Shown here in pieces: positions 17,114 to 25,725 of a DNA stretch of 49,291 nt. The DNA is taken from positions 71,253 through 120,543 of the IMG/VR virus record IMGVR_UViG_3300016457_000036. One strand, written 5' to 3'. The translations under genes and the position numbers were made by a program. The notes below the pieces were generated by a model. The model was not told where the DNA came from. It was given only the letters and a program-made list of their open reading frames with translations, and made no database searches. Numbering within the stretch: the stretch's first letter is position 1; the number at the start of each line of letters is the position of its first letter. The DNA is from a virus. Taxonomy: Duplodnaviria > Heunggongvirae > Uroviricota > Caudoviricetes.

Positions 17114-19564
17114 TTATTCTTGCTTGCTTACAGGCGTTTTAAACCGTATTCTACTCTGTGTTTCACAGTATAGGCTGTACTTATCTTTGTAGAGCATATC
17201 ATTTTTATACTGAACATCTCCTAATGCTATTGAAAATATTTGATTGTAGTCCATTCCAATATTAGTATCTAAATCTTGTAAGATAATTCCTACAATATCT
17301 GTTAGGGTGAGTACAAGATTATTCATATCATCAGTAGCAGATCCTTTGAAAGCATCTTTAAACTTAGCAGCTAGTCTAGCAAGTTCTTCTTCAAGACGTT
17401 TATTTTCTTCCTCCATCTTTTTCTGCACATGGTCAGCATAGAGGTATCCACCTCCGGCTAAGAAAGCACCGATTAGTGGTCCAATCCACCATCCTGCTCC
17501 CCATGTTACAATCGTAATAATTATAGTTACTATCACTAACACAATTTTTATAAAATCTGCAAAATCTTCTGTTTCATAGTATTCTAAATACGTTGCTTGT
17601 GAAGCGTATATTTGTAAGTAAGCGCCACTAAAAAATAATTCTAGTTTATCATTAGCAGACAGCTCTCTTGAAAAATCTATAGAAAGAGGAAATAATAAAA
17701 TTGACTCACTATCAGTTTTTAAAGTAGCGGAGACTGTATCTACAGCATCTACAAGAGGACCTGAGCCATCTTCGTTCTCAGGTACTTTACGTCTAATTAC
17801 AGTGACACCTACAATATCTAATATCACGAGTTTTCTACGTACATGACTACTAAGTTGTTTTATTACTGTAAGAGAATTTTCTGTTCTGTTTACAGACATT
17901 GATACATGATTAATAGGAAAATCATCAGTTGTAGCTTCTGCGTAAATTGTATCTGCAATATGTCTTATATTAACAGAAGAGTTAAAAGTACCTACAGTAA
18001 ATCCATAATAGTAAACATTTGACATGAGTTCAAAACTCACAGGCGGCACAGCCGGAAACTCTTCTGAGTCTGCCATTGTTTTAAAAAACTCAAACGTAGC
18101 GTGAGCTGTACCATTTATGTATTGCTTTTGAGCTGCAGTTGCGTCATCAATTTTAAGTACTGTTCCTCCTGGACCTACTACACCTGGCTTTACTTTCTGA
18201 GCAAGAGGATTAATTGCAAAACGTATGTATCCTCCGGAGATCTTATCTAAATCTTCTTGTCCCCCACATACCATATTAGTAGCTAGATCAAGCGTCATTC
18301 CTAATCCACGTAATACTGCATTAGTACTTACGTATCTGCCATAATTGCTACTTGTTTCTGCAGGTACGGTACTTTCGGGAACACTACATGAGGGTGCTTC
18401 TTCTGCTGTATTATCAATACAATAACTTCCATTAGCGTGTGCTGCTGTATAGGCTTCATATCGTGCATCGCTAATTCCATTTACATTTGCTGTTCCTTCT
18501 CGTAGTCTAATAAGCGGCATCATCTCTAATTCATCAATAGCAATACGTGTAGCAGCACTATCCGGTAAATCATCAAAACCAAGTAACTCTACAAATTCTC
18601 TTCCATTGTATGTAAAATGTGTTGTCACATAGGACTTAGCTTCCATTAAATTATACACCGGAAAAGTAATCAAAGTTGTATCATTTACAGTTGTTTCTGA
18701 GTCACTTATAGTTACAGTTCCTGCTACATCTCCTGCTTCTGTTGGTCTACTAATAGAAGTAGATGAGTCTGATATAGTAGAGTATCCTGTCTTGCTCTGA
18801 CCATGAGCCTGTGTAGCTCTAGTTACTAATGTTCTTGTTACTATGGTAGTTGTATAAGTAACAGTAATAGGAGGTATTTCTCCGTTACTTGTAATTGTTG
18901 TTGTTTCAGTTACAACTGTTCTTGTAAATGTAGTATAGCTATTCCTACCATTTGCCTTCACTTTATTAATAGGCGTATTTCTGATATTTTCAATATAAAA
19001 ATATCTCCCGTCAGAATGTCTTACTAGATCATCTCCTAAATAGTTTTGAGAGGCATCGTGCAGTAACCGATACCAATATACTTCTTCTTTATGAGGATAT
19101 TTTTTCTTAGAGGTAATAATTGTAATCGGAGATAATCCTGTAGTGGACTCTACAATAGGTTTTATCTCAGCAGTATCTACTATCAAGCCTACAAGATTAC
19201 TATGTACATCAAATCCGTCCCATGTCTGATTTTCAGCTAAGTAGTACGGCTTATTCATCTTAGCATTTGCTTCTGCATTACGCTGCTTCATAGGCCCTAG
19301 TAAGTTCTTTTTCTGATTACACGAGTCTGCCATAGATGCATTTAATAGTCCAATAATTGCTTCTTTACGAACTGTTGATATAGGAAATAACTGCTTTGAA
19401 ATTACTGATGCGGTAAGAACTATTTCATCTTCAATACCGAACCATGACATAATTTCTTCTGCTGCAGACTCTTCCCATTCTTGAATTTCATCTAAAATAT
19501 CCCCAATAAATCCGAGATCTATATTACCACCAAGTGAGAGTATGTCTTGTGTAGGTTTAGCCAT
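17114..19564 (-). CDS. Virion structural protein (N4 gp53-like), 816 aa
   Basis: Size and position; PLIRLRE motif; C-terminal hydrophobic segment IVLVIVTIIITIVTWGAGWWIG. Confidence 0.7.
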   Translation of the reverse strand: MAKPTQDILSLGGNIDLGFIGDILDEIQEWEESAAEEIMSWFGIEDEIVLTASVISKQLFPISTVRKEAIIGLLNASMADSCNQKKNLLGPMKQRNAEANAKMNKPYYLAENQTWDGFDVHSNLVGLIVDTAEIKPIVESTTGLSPITIITSKKKYPHKEEVYWYRLLHDASQNYLGDDLVRHSDGRYFYIENIRNTPINKVKANGRNSYTTFTRTVVTETTTITSNGEIPPITVTYTTTIVTRTLVTRATQAHGQSKTGYSTISDSSTSISRPTEAGDVAGTVTISDSETTVNDTTLITFPVYNLMEAKSYVTTHFTYNGREFVELLGFDDLPDSAATRIAIDELEMMPLIRLREGTANVNGISDARYEAYTAAHANGSYCIDNTAEEAPSCSVPESTVPAETSSNYGRYVSTNAVLRGLGMTLDLATNMVCGGQEDLDKISGGYIRFAINPLAQKVKPGVVGPGGTVLKIDDATAAQKQYINGTAHATFEFFKTMADSEEFPAVPPVSFELMSNVYYYGFTVGTFNSSVNIRHIADTIYAEATTDDFPINHVSMSVNRTENSLTVIKQLSSHVRRKLVILDIVGVTVIRRKVPENEDGSGPLVDAVDTVSATLKTDSESILLFPLSIDFSRELSANDKLELFFSGAYLQIYASQATYLEYYETEDFADFIKIVLVIVTIIITIVTWGAGWWIGPLIGAFLAGGGYLYADHVQKKMEEENKRLEEELARLAAKFKDAFKGSATDDMNNLVLTLTDIVGIILQDLDTNIGMDYNQIFSIALGDVQYKNDMLYKDKYSLYCETQSRIRFKTPVSKQE

Positions 19565-20048
19565 TTTTACATTCCTTAAAACCTAGCAGTTCACTAGGGT
19601 TGCCTCTTAATAAATATCTTTTTGCGATGTACGCAGAACTAATTGTGATCACTCCTGTACTTTCAAACTTTAATTTTTGTCCAGGAGACATTAGACTTTT
19701 AAAGCTACTATGTTCGTTTCCATGTGGCACGAAATTTATTTTTGTATGCCTGTAGATAACGAATGTTAGAAAAAGTAGCTTTTCAACTGCGCTGAGATTA
19801 AGTAGATCCCACGTAGTAGCTATCTTACTATTTTCAAAACTAACACTTCCCTGAGTCCTACCATTAATCTTTATATGGTAAAAAATAGTACTATTCCGAA
19901 CACTATCAGCGTAGGCTTTATCTGCTTTTATACCTAGATTTTTTTCTAGTTTTTGTATGAGTTCTTCTATTATAGCAGTAGAAGGTTCATATGACTCTAT
20001 GATGTACTTCTTACTGCCTGCTTTATTTGTGTAGCACACAGCTTCCAT
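19557..20048 (-). CDS. Hypothetical protein coupled to the ketosynthase gene, possible acyltransferase, 163 aa
   Basis: Overlaps both the KS gene (26 nt) and the gp53-like gene (8 nt); GGAGG RBS; alternating helix/strand pattern and FVPH motif. The CDS is well supported; the function is inference. Confidence 0.6.
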   Translation of the reverse strand: MEAVCYTNKAGSKKYIIESYEPSTAIIEELIQKLEKNLGIKADKAYADSVRNSTIFYHIKINGRTQGSVSFENSKIATTWDLLNLSAVEKLLFLTFVIYRHTKINFVPHGNEHSSFKSLMSPGQKLKFESTGVITISSAYIAKRYLLRGNPSELLGFKECKNG

Positions 20049-20886
20049 AGAAGCCTCCTAAGCCACTAGCAGTACATAGTGTAGAACCTTTAAAGTTTGT
20101 ATCATCTAGTACCATACACAGCTCTATAAGAGCACTTGCTCCTTGTGTATGACCTATTTTACTCTTAAACTCTTTTACATCATCACTTAATACTTTTTCA
20201 GCTTCCGTATTTTGATCTGTACCGGTTCCGTGCCCTTTTACATTATCAGCTATAGACGCTACTTTTTCGTAGCCTTCCGCACTCACATAGAAAGGATTAC
20301 GATTATAGGTATACTCCCATTTAGTATCTGTAATTGTTGCTCCTACACCGTCTTCATTACTTAGGATCACACATGCAAAACCTTCGCCCGGAGTAACATC
20401 TATCTGATGTTCTTTAAATATACGTATCGTATTAAAGCTTGTACGTTCTTCGGAGATGATGATCACATGATCTACTACCCCTGTCTCTAAAAGAGTTTCT
20501 GCTTCATATATGGAGTGCATACTACTTGCACATGTATTACTATTGATATTTGCATATGTAATATTATTTTTATCTATCAGCGCAGTAATATATTTGTGCA
20601 TCATATACGCTGTAAGCTCTTTAATAATCATAGCACTTGGCTCTATCTCAAGACTGTTCTTCATAGAACCTTTATAGTTTCTGCTTTCACCTTGATGGAG
20701 ACTAGCTCCTGAAGCGTACAAAAAAGCTACCTTACCAGGTAACTGTAACTCTTGTAATTCTGCTTTGAACATTTTGAGATATTGCTGTGTGAAATATTTT
20801 GTACGATCTTCGAGAAGTTCTATTCTGTCCTCTTTAGGAACAGCTCCTGCAACATAGAAATAATTATTTATTTTCATTGATTGCAT
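20023..20886 (-). CDS. Beta-ketoacyl-ACP synthase (FabB/FabF-like, thiolase fold), compact 284-287 aa
   Basis: Catalytic Cys in NTCASS (C119), GEGFACVIL, KGHGTGTDQNTEAE (H219), KSKIGHTQGASALIE (H246), terminal ASGLGGFYGS. Probable start is ATG 20877 (GAGGA RBS). Confidence 0.9.
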   Translation of the reverse strand: MQSMKINNYFYVAGAVPKEDRIELLEDRTKYFTQQYLKMFKAELQELQLPGKVAFLYASGASLHQGESRNYKGSMKNSLEIEPSAMIIKELTAYMMHKYITALIDKNNITYANINSNTCASSMHSIYEAETLLETGVVDHVIIISEERTSFNTIRIFKEHQIDVTPGEGFACVILSNEDGVGATITDTKWEYTYNRNPFYVSAEGYEKVASIADNVKGHGTGTDQNTEAEKVLSDDVKEFKSKIGHTQGASALIELCMVLDDTNFKGSTLCTASGLGGFYGSCVLHK

Positions 20887-21085
20887 CCTCTATGTTTTGC
20901 CATGTCATATTTTCTATATTGGCTTCACCGAGACTGCCATTAGGAAGGAAAGGATGTTCTGCATCTATATTTAGCAGTACCATTGTAATACCGAAACTAT
21001 CGAGTCCAACTTCGGTAACTTTTTCATTAAGAGATATTAACTCGCCATTTTCTTCTTCGACTAGCGATTGGAAGTATTCTAGCAT
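20864..21085 (-). CDS. Acyl carrier protein, 73 aa
   Basis: Small acidic protein with the phosphopantetheine motif VGLDSF (S30); AAGGA RBS; overlaps the KS start. Confidence 0.85.
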   Translation of the reverse strand: MLEYFQSLVEEENGELISLNEKVTEVGLDSFGITMVLLNIDAEHPFLPNGSLGEANIENMTWQNIEDAINENK

Positions 21086-21112
21086 TGTAGATCCTTGATA
21101 AGATATACTTGT

Positions 21113-21120
21113 ATTATACC
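21113..21120 (-). promoter_or_regulatory. Candidate -10 box (GGTATAAT) heading the ACP-KS-ORF163-gp53-ejection operon
   Basis: TATAAT in the 45-nt gap between the gp54-like gene and the ACP gene. Confidence 0.5.
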
Positions 21121-21130
21121 TTATTTTCCG

Positions 21131-21718
21131 TTACGGACATGCTGCCCCAATAGGAGGAATACCGAGATCACAGAATATACTATCAAACACTTTTTCCATG
21201 TTATCTTTATTCATATTATCAGGAAGATTATTCGCTGTAGGAAGTGAACTATATGTAATTCCCCATGTCTCTAGCAGCTTATCATAAGCTTGTTGTTTCT
21301 CATGTTCATCAAAACCTAGTATCTGTCTACGATAGAGATCTGTTTGTGCTTCTTCTTTAGCTACTTGTGCAGGGATAAGATTATCTAGGATGTATTGTTC
21401 TTGTTCTGCTTTTATAACAGCTAACGCAAGTTCTGCTTCTTTAATTTCAAGTTCTTTTAGTGCTATTAAAATTTGAGCGTTACCTAGCTCAATTTCATTT
21501 TCTTTAACTTCTTTATCTAGCTCAAAAGTAACTGCTTCTTTAACCATAGCAGGAAGAGTTTGTACATAAATAGCACCTGCTTCTGCTTGAGTAATACGGT
21601 TCTTAACAATAGACTCGTCAACATGGGCTCCTATAAGCTCAATTAACTGACCTGCATATCCTCCGTCGGCTACTGTACTATCACCTACTATATTGTCAAA
21701 GTCAATTAAATCTGCCAT
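21131..21718 (-). CDS. Virion structural protein (N4 gp54-like), 195 aa
   Basis: AHVDESIVKNRITQAEAGAIY...EAVTFEL and C-terminal QILGFDEHEKQQAYDKLLETW resemble N4 gp54; synteny. Confidence 0.75.
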   Translation of the reverse strand: MADLIDFDNIVGDSTVADGGYAGQLIELIGAHVDESIVKNRITQAEAGAIYVQTLPAMVKEAVTFELDKEVKENEIELGNAQILIALKELEIKEAELALAVIKAEQEQYILDNLIPAQVAKEEAQTDLYRRQILGFDEHEKQQAYDKLLETWGITYSSLPTANNLPDNMNKDNMEKVFDSIFCDLGIPPIGAACP

Positions 21719-21739
21719 GTCTACTCCCTAAATAAATAT

Positions 21740-21763
21740 AAAAGAAGACTCCGAAGAGTCTTC
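21740..21763 (-). terminator. Rho-independent terminator, C(UUCG)G tetraloop
   Basis: Minus strand GAAGACTC-TTCG-GAGTCTTC followed by TTTTATATTT, just after the gp55-like stop. Confidence 0.85.
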
Positions 21764-21770
21764 AATATAT

Positions 21771-22394
21771 TTAGTTTCTAGCATCACGCATACGTTGTTT
21801 AACACCAAGTGCAGTAAGCTCTTTCTGAGTCATACCTTTTACACGTGTGATAACATAGCGATTAGTTTCAATCATCTTGTCACGACCTGTGTCATCTGCT
21901 TCATGAATTGTAAGACTACAGCCTTCGAGGTTCTGAATAGCTCCACGACGTACATACTGTGGTTTACCATCAAGAGCAACAACATCTGTCTTATTACCAA
22001 GAGTACGATTACCCCAATTTACATAAATCGTAGGTTCACGTGTTTGACTTTCACGAAGATCAGTTACGATGATACGTTCTTTACGAAGTAAATCTGCTCT
22101 CATCAAGTCTAATCCTGATGATGCATTAACGTATTCAACTTTACCATCTACGATTACGTGGGGCTCTTCAGTAACTTCTTCAGGATCAGGAGTTTCTGAA
22201 AGTGTTTCTACTTCATCTTCGAGTTCAAGACCATTAATTTCTGCTTGCTTACGCTTGAAAGCATTTAAAGCTGTTACGTATTCAGTTTTGTTAGGCTTTG
22301 CAGGGTTTTTCGCATCTACTGTTAGTCCGAAATCTTCTACTAGCTCAGCAAGCTCTTTATTGGTCATGTCTTCAAATTGTTTTACATCACTCAT
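21771..22394 (-). CDS. N4 gp55-like protein, 207 aa
   Basis: Immediately downstream of capsid; RIIVTDLRES...IYVNWGNRTLG...PQYVRRG resembles gp55. Confidence 0.7.
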   Translation of the reverse strand: MSDVKQFEDMTNKELAELVEDFGLTVDAKNPAKPNKTEYVTALNAFKRKQAEINGLELEDEVETLSETPDPEEVTEEPHVIVDGKVEYVNASSGLDLMRADLLRKERIIVTDLRESQTREPTIYVNWGNRTLGNKTDVVALDGKPQYVRRGAIQNLEGCSLTIHEADDTGRDKMIETNRYVITRVKGMTQKELTALGVKQRMRDARN

Positions 22395-22417
22395 TGTGTT
22401 TTCCTTATTATATGATA

Positions 22418-22434
22418 GAGGCTATTATAGCCTC
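22418..22434 (-). promoter_or_regulatory. Inverted repeat GAGGCTA-TAA-TAGCCTC containing a TATAAT box
   Basis: Perfect 7-bp stem with 3-nt loop; TATAAT (22424-22429) spans stem and loop; 30 nt upstream of the gp55-like ATG. Confidence 0.6.
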
Positions 22435-22443
22435 CATTGCATT

Positions 22444-22459
22444 AAAAAGCCCGAAGGCT
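22444..22459 (-). terminator. Rho-independent terminator after major capsid gene
   Basis: Minus strand AGCC-TTCG-GGCT then TTTT; short stem, so probably leaky. Confidence 0.65.
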
Positions 22460-22473
22460 ACAGTTAGCTCAGA

Positions 22474-23895
22474 TTATACAATCTTCGCAGTACAAACGAT
22501 CTGACGGATACGCTCTGCACGATAGATAAGAGTTCCGAAGTACCATGCGATACTCATAGAACCTTTCTTACCGAATGGATCGTTGTTCGCGTCAGGCTTA
22601 GGCATTGCTGTCTTGATACGAGCTGAGTCACCTGCGAAACCAACAGTTGCGAATGAGTCTGTACCTACAAATAGGATAGGGAATACATCGTAACCTGCGG
22701 CTGCGGCTGTACCTGGCTTCTGATCTTCTTCACGTCCACTATCAGGAGTATACACAGGACCATCAGTAACATCAGTTACAGAAACTGCACCTGCTGCATC
22801 ACCCATAAGATCTTTGTTAGAAGAATACATAACGCCTGCTGTTGCATCTGCACCGGCACCTGCGTAGTGTTGCATGTTATCAACTTCGATGAAACGGAAA
22901 GCACCAACACGACCAATCTCACCATCAGCTACGTTTCCACGTGCGCCATCATAGTAAGACTCGATAGGCTCCCATACATTAACACCATTATGTTGCATGT
23001 CTTGAAGCGTTGGGTATAGTTGCTGACCTACGTAAACATAGTAAGCTTTACCAACAACAACTGTATCAATGTTCTTAGAACCTGAGATCAGCTTAGTGTC
23101 TTTTGGTACTAGAGCTTGTTTAAGAGCTTGTTCCATAAGACGAAGATCTGCAAATGCAAGGTAGTTTTTATCTGTAAGTGTCTTCAAAGAAGTCGCTACA
23201 TTAGTACCATCACCACCTGCAAAAGTACGGTTAGCTTCAGATGCGTTTAGAAGGTCAGATTGAACCTGTGCTTCAAATACGTCACCTTTAGCTTCACCAA
23301 GATCTTTAGACTTCTGTGCAAGAACACCTACACGTGAGTCCATATCGATTGAGCGTTGAGTAAACTTCATGTGAAGACCGAACTCAGCTACTTGACCTTT
23401 AAGAACGATTGAACGAGCATTAACTGCATTAACGTTTCCGCCCTCTTCCGGTAGTGTAGGATAAGCACCGTCTAGTACTGCAAATTCAGAGTCACCGTTA
23501 AACAAGTTACCTGCACCTGACATAGAAGGACCGGCTGTACCTAGAGAAGCTGCTACTGCATCAGCGATTGCTTCTGAACGATAACCTTGAGCGGAACCAA
23601 CCATTACACCTGCATCACTATACGCATACCATACAGACTTAACAAGTTGTGCAGCATTTGCATTAATACCATTATCGATCTGATTCATTGGGTGGAATAC
23701 CGGGAAGTGGCGTTCTTTAACAATGATGTCACCATAATGTTTAGGTTGTGTTAGCTTGTCGCCTAGCTGTGTAAATACACGCTTACGCATAGCTTCTTTG
23801 ATTGCACCTTTAGACCAAAATTGATCGTTAATCTGCTCAGTAATGTCTGTTGAAGTCAACTTACCTTCGTTAAATCTTGAAATTAAATCACTCAT
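22474..23895 (-). CDS. Major capsid protein (N4 gp56-like), 473 aa
   Basis: FTQLGDKLTQPKHYG, LPEEGGNVN, FGLHMKFTQRSIDMDS, GEIGRVGAFRFIEV, YDVFPILFVGTDSFATVG, DPFGKKGSMSIAWYFG: N4-type capsid motifs. Confidence 0.95.
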   Translation of the reverse strand: MSDLISRFNEGKLTSTDITEQINDQFWSKGAIKEAMRKRVFTQLGDKLTQPKHYGDIIVKERHFPVFHPMNQIDNGINANAAQLVKSVWYAYSDAGVMVGSAQGYRSEAIADAVAASLGTAGPSMSGAGNLFNGDSEFAVLDGAYPTLPEEGGNVNAVNARSIVLKGQVAEFGLHMKFTQRSIDMDSRVGVLAQKSKDLGEAKGDVFEAQVQSDLLNASEANRTFAGGDGTNVATSLKTLTDKNYLAFADLRLMEQALKQALVPKDTKLISGSKNIDTVVVGKAYYVYVGQQLYPTLQDMQHNGVNVWEPIESYYDGARGNVADGEIGRVGAFRFIEVDNMQHYAGAGADATAGVMYSSNKDLMGDAAGAVSVTDVTDGPVYTPDSGREEDQKPGTAAAAGYDVFPILFVGTDSFATVGFAGDSARIKTAMPKPDANNDPFGKKGSMSIAWYFGTLIYRAERIRQIVCTAKIV

Positions 23896-23923
23896 AATGA
23901 GTTCCTTTAAACGTAGGAGACAC

Positions 23924-25279
23924 CTACTTGATGTCTCCGTTAATCATAGCGTTCATCAACTCATCAAACTCTTCACCTTCAAGCTTCATGGGATCAAATT
24001 TAGCAGCCTTTACAGGTGCCTTTGATTTCCGTTTACTTACAGATGCCGCGTTCTTACGTCGTTCCGCAACTTTAGCGTTCTGTTTATCGGCCTTAGCCTT
24101 AAACTCTGTCTCTTTACGAGACTTAGCAATACGTGCCTTCTCTGTCGCTACATTGTCAGCTTTAGCCTGTTGAGCATTATTCTGACGAGCTTCAGATGAG
24201 ATACGACTAGCTTCTTTAAGAGATAACTCTTGCTGAATGTCTTTCGCCGCTGTACGATACTGCTCTAAAGTGTTCATACTTGAAAAAGTTCCGTTAACGT
24301 CTAGGCGTTTAAATTCCTGAATACGTTCTTGAACATAACCATAAGCACCACTTTGAATATGATCAAGCAAATCTGCTCTAATCTGTCCATCATGTAAATA
24401 CTCATTGAAACTGTCCTGGTCCCAATCTTTTCCGATCACTTGTCGAACTTCGTCCTCAAACCCTGCAGCCTTTGCTGTCTCTAGGCTATCTTCCAAAACT
24501 AACTGCTCTTGTGAAGCGAGTGTATTTTGGTTTACATAGTTGATTTCGTCCATCTCTATATCAAGAGGATCGATCTCTAGGTTTTTCAAGTGCTGCTTAA
24601 TAGCTTCAGGATCACCATCAATAAGCTTCATAGCTAGATTAAACTTGTCAGTATCTTCTAACATTCCACGTTCTTGTAACGGTGCCATATATGGACGATA
24701 CTTTTTAAAGCCCGCCATTTTGTCACTGAAACCACCCGCCATTTGCTGTGCCTGGATAATCTTCTTAGGATCCTTGAATCCATGAGTTTTCTTACCATTA
24801 ACAGTAAATTCCGTAGCTGTTACAGCATCGTAGAAAGCCTTATAGTCGATACCATCAGCTTGCTCAGGAGTCAGATCGACATCTTCTTCCGAGGTTTCTG
24901 TTGTATCTTGGTCTTCATCGTCGAGATCTTCCGTTTCCGAGTCATCTGCTGCGTCAGCATCTTCCTCTTCCTCTTCATCGTCCTCGTCGTTAGACTCATC
25001 GCTATCAGTTTCTACTAGAGTGTCTTCTTCCTCATCGTCCTCTGCGGCTTCGTCCGTATCCTCTAGCTCCCCGTCGGTATCTAGGTTCGTCTCTGACTCT
25101 TCCTCAGACTCTTCTTCTTGGTCTGTGTCCTCATTGTGTGTAACTTCTTCGTCCCCTATTGTAGCATCTTCCGCTTCTGTAGTCAACTGTGAGTCTAATG
25201 TGCCATTTATCATAGCATCCATTAACTCATCGTGTTCATCATCAGAAAGTGTTTCCGGGTTAAATTCTGTCTCAGCCAT
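23924..25279 (-). CDS. N4 gp57-like protein (annotated tape measure/scaffold-like), 451 aa
   Basis: Very acidic N-terminus; IDYKAFYD...FTVNGK...QQMAGGFSDKM...IDPLDIE; synteny. Confidence 0.85.
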   Translation of the reverse strand: MAETEFNPETLSDDEHDELMDAMINGTLDSQLTTEAEDATIGDEEVTHNEDTDQEEESEEESETNLDTDGELEDTDEAAEDDEEEDTLVETDSDESNDEDDEEEEEDADAADDSETEDLDDEDQDTTETSEEDVDLTPEQADGIDYKAFYDAVTATEFTVNGKKTHGFKDPKKIIQAQQMAGGFSDKMAGFKKYRPYMAPLQERGMLEDTDKFNLAMKLIDGDPEAIKQHLKNLEIDPLDIEMDEINYVNQNTLASQEQLVLEDSLETAKAAGFEDEVRQVIGKDWDQDSFNEYLHDGQIRADLLDHIQSGAYGYVQERIQEFKRLDVNGTFSSMNTLEQYRTAAKDIQQELSLKEASRISSEARQNNAQQAKADNVATEKARIAKSRKETEFKAKADKQNAKVAERRKNAASVSKRKSKAPVKAAKFDPMKLEGEEFDELMNAMINGDIK

Positions 25280-25282
25280 AAC

Positions 25283-25663
25283 TTACTCCTCTTCTTCTGT
25301 AGTCGGTCTTGCTAGTACTTCAGTACGATACACACGGTCTGCTTCGAGTTGATCAGGAGCGTTTTCAGCTTCTCTCATTACGATACCGGGATATTTAGGT
25401 GTACCTACATACTCTTTCAAGTGACGTACAGCTTCAAGTTTAGCCATATTATTTTCCATGCCTTCTCTACGAATAGCGGGAACAGCAGTAAGTGTCTCAA
25501 ATAAACGCTCAGCTTCAGCTTCTAAATAACCTTCTGTGAAAACGAGAATATATCTAGGATCTGTTTTAAGTGATTCGAGTGCTTCACCGCGTTTAATAGC
25601 AGCTTCATTACGGGAGATTGATTTGTCTATATCTTGGAGTTCTTTTAAGTTAGCATTAGCCAT
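25283..25663 (-). CDS. N4 gp58-like protein, 126 aa
   Basis: IKRGEALESLKTDPRYILVFTEGYLEAEAERL resembles gp58; synteny. Confidence 0.8.
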   Translation of the reverse strand: MANANLKELQDIDKSISRNEAAIKRGEALESLKTDPRYILVFTEGYLEAEAERLFETLTAVPAIRREGMENNMAKLEAVRHLKEYVGTPKYPGIVMREAENAPDQLEADRVYRTEVLARPTTEEEE

Positions 25664-25725
25664 TGCTTAATCCTTGTGAAAAAATGATCAGCTTTTTACG
25701 ACATCATGATTGGTCGAAGGGAAGA

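Noticed and set aside
20023-21085. ACP/KS as host chromosomal contamination or a chimeric join
   Set aside because: The genes overlap flanking phage genes, share strand and RBS style, and sit within intact N4 synteny; the KS is too reduced to be a housekeeping fabF.
25664-25725. Possible hairpin around the ATCATGAT palindrome between the Gln-rich and gp58-like genes
   Set aside because: Pairing is imperfect with no proper loop; not convincing as a terminator.
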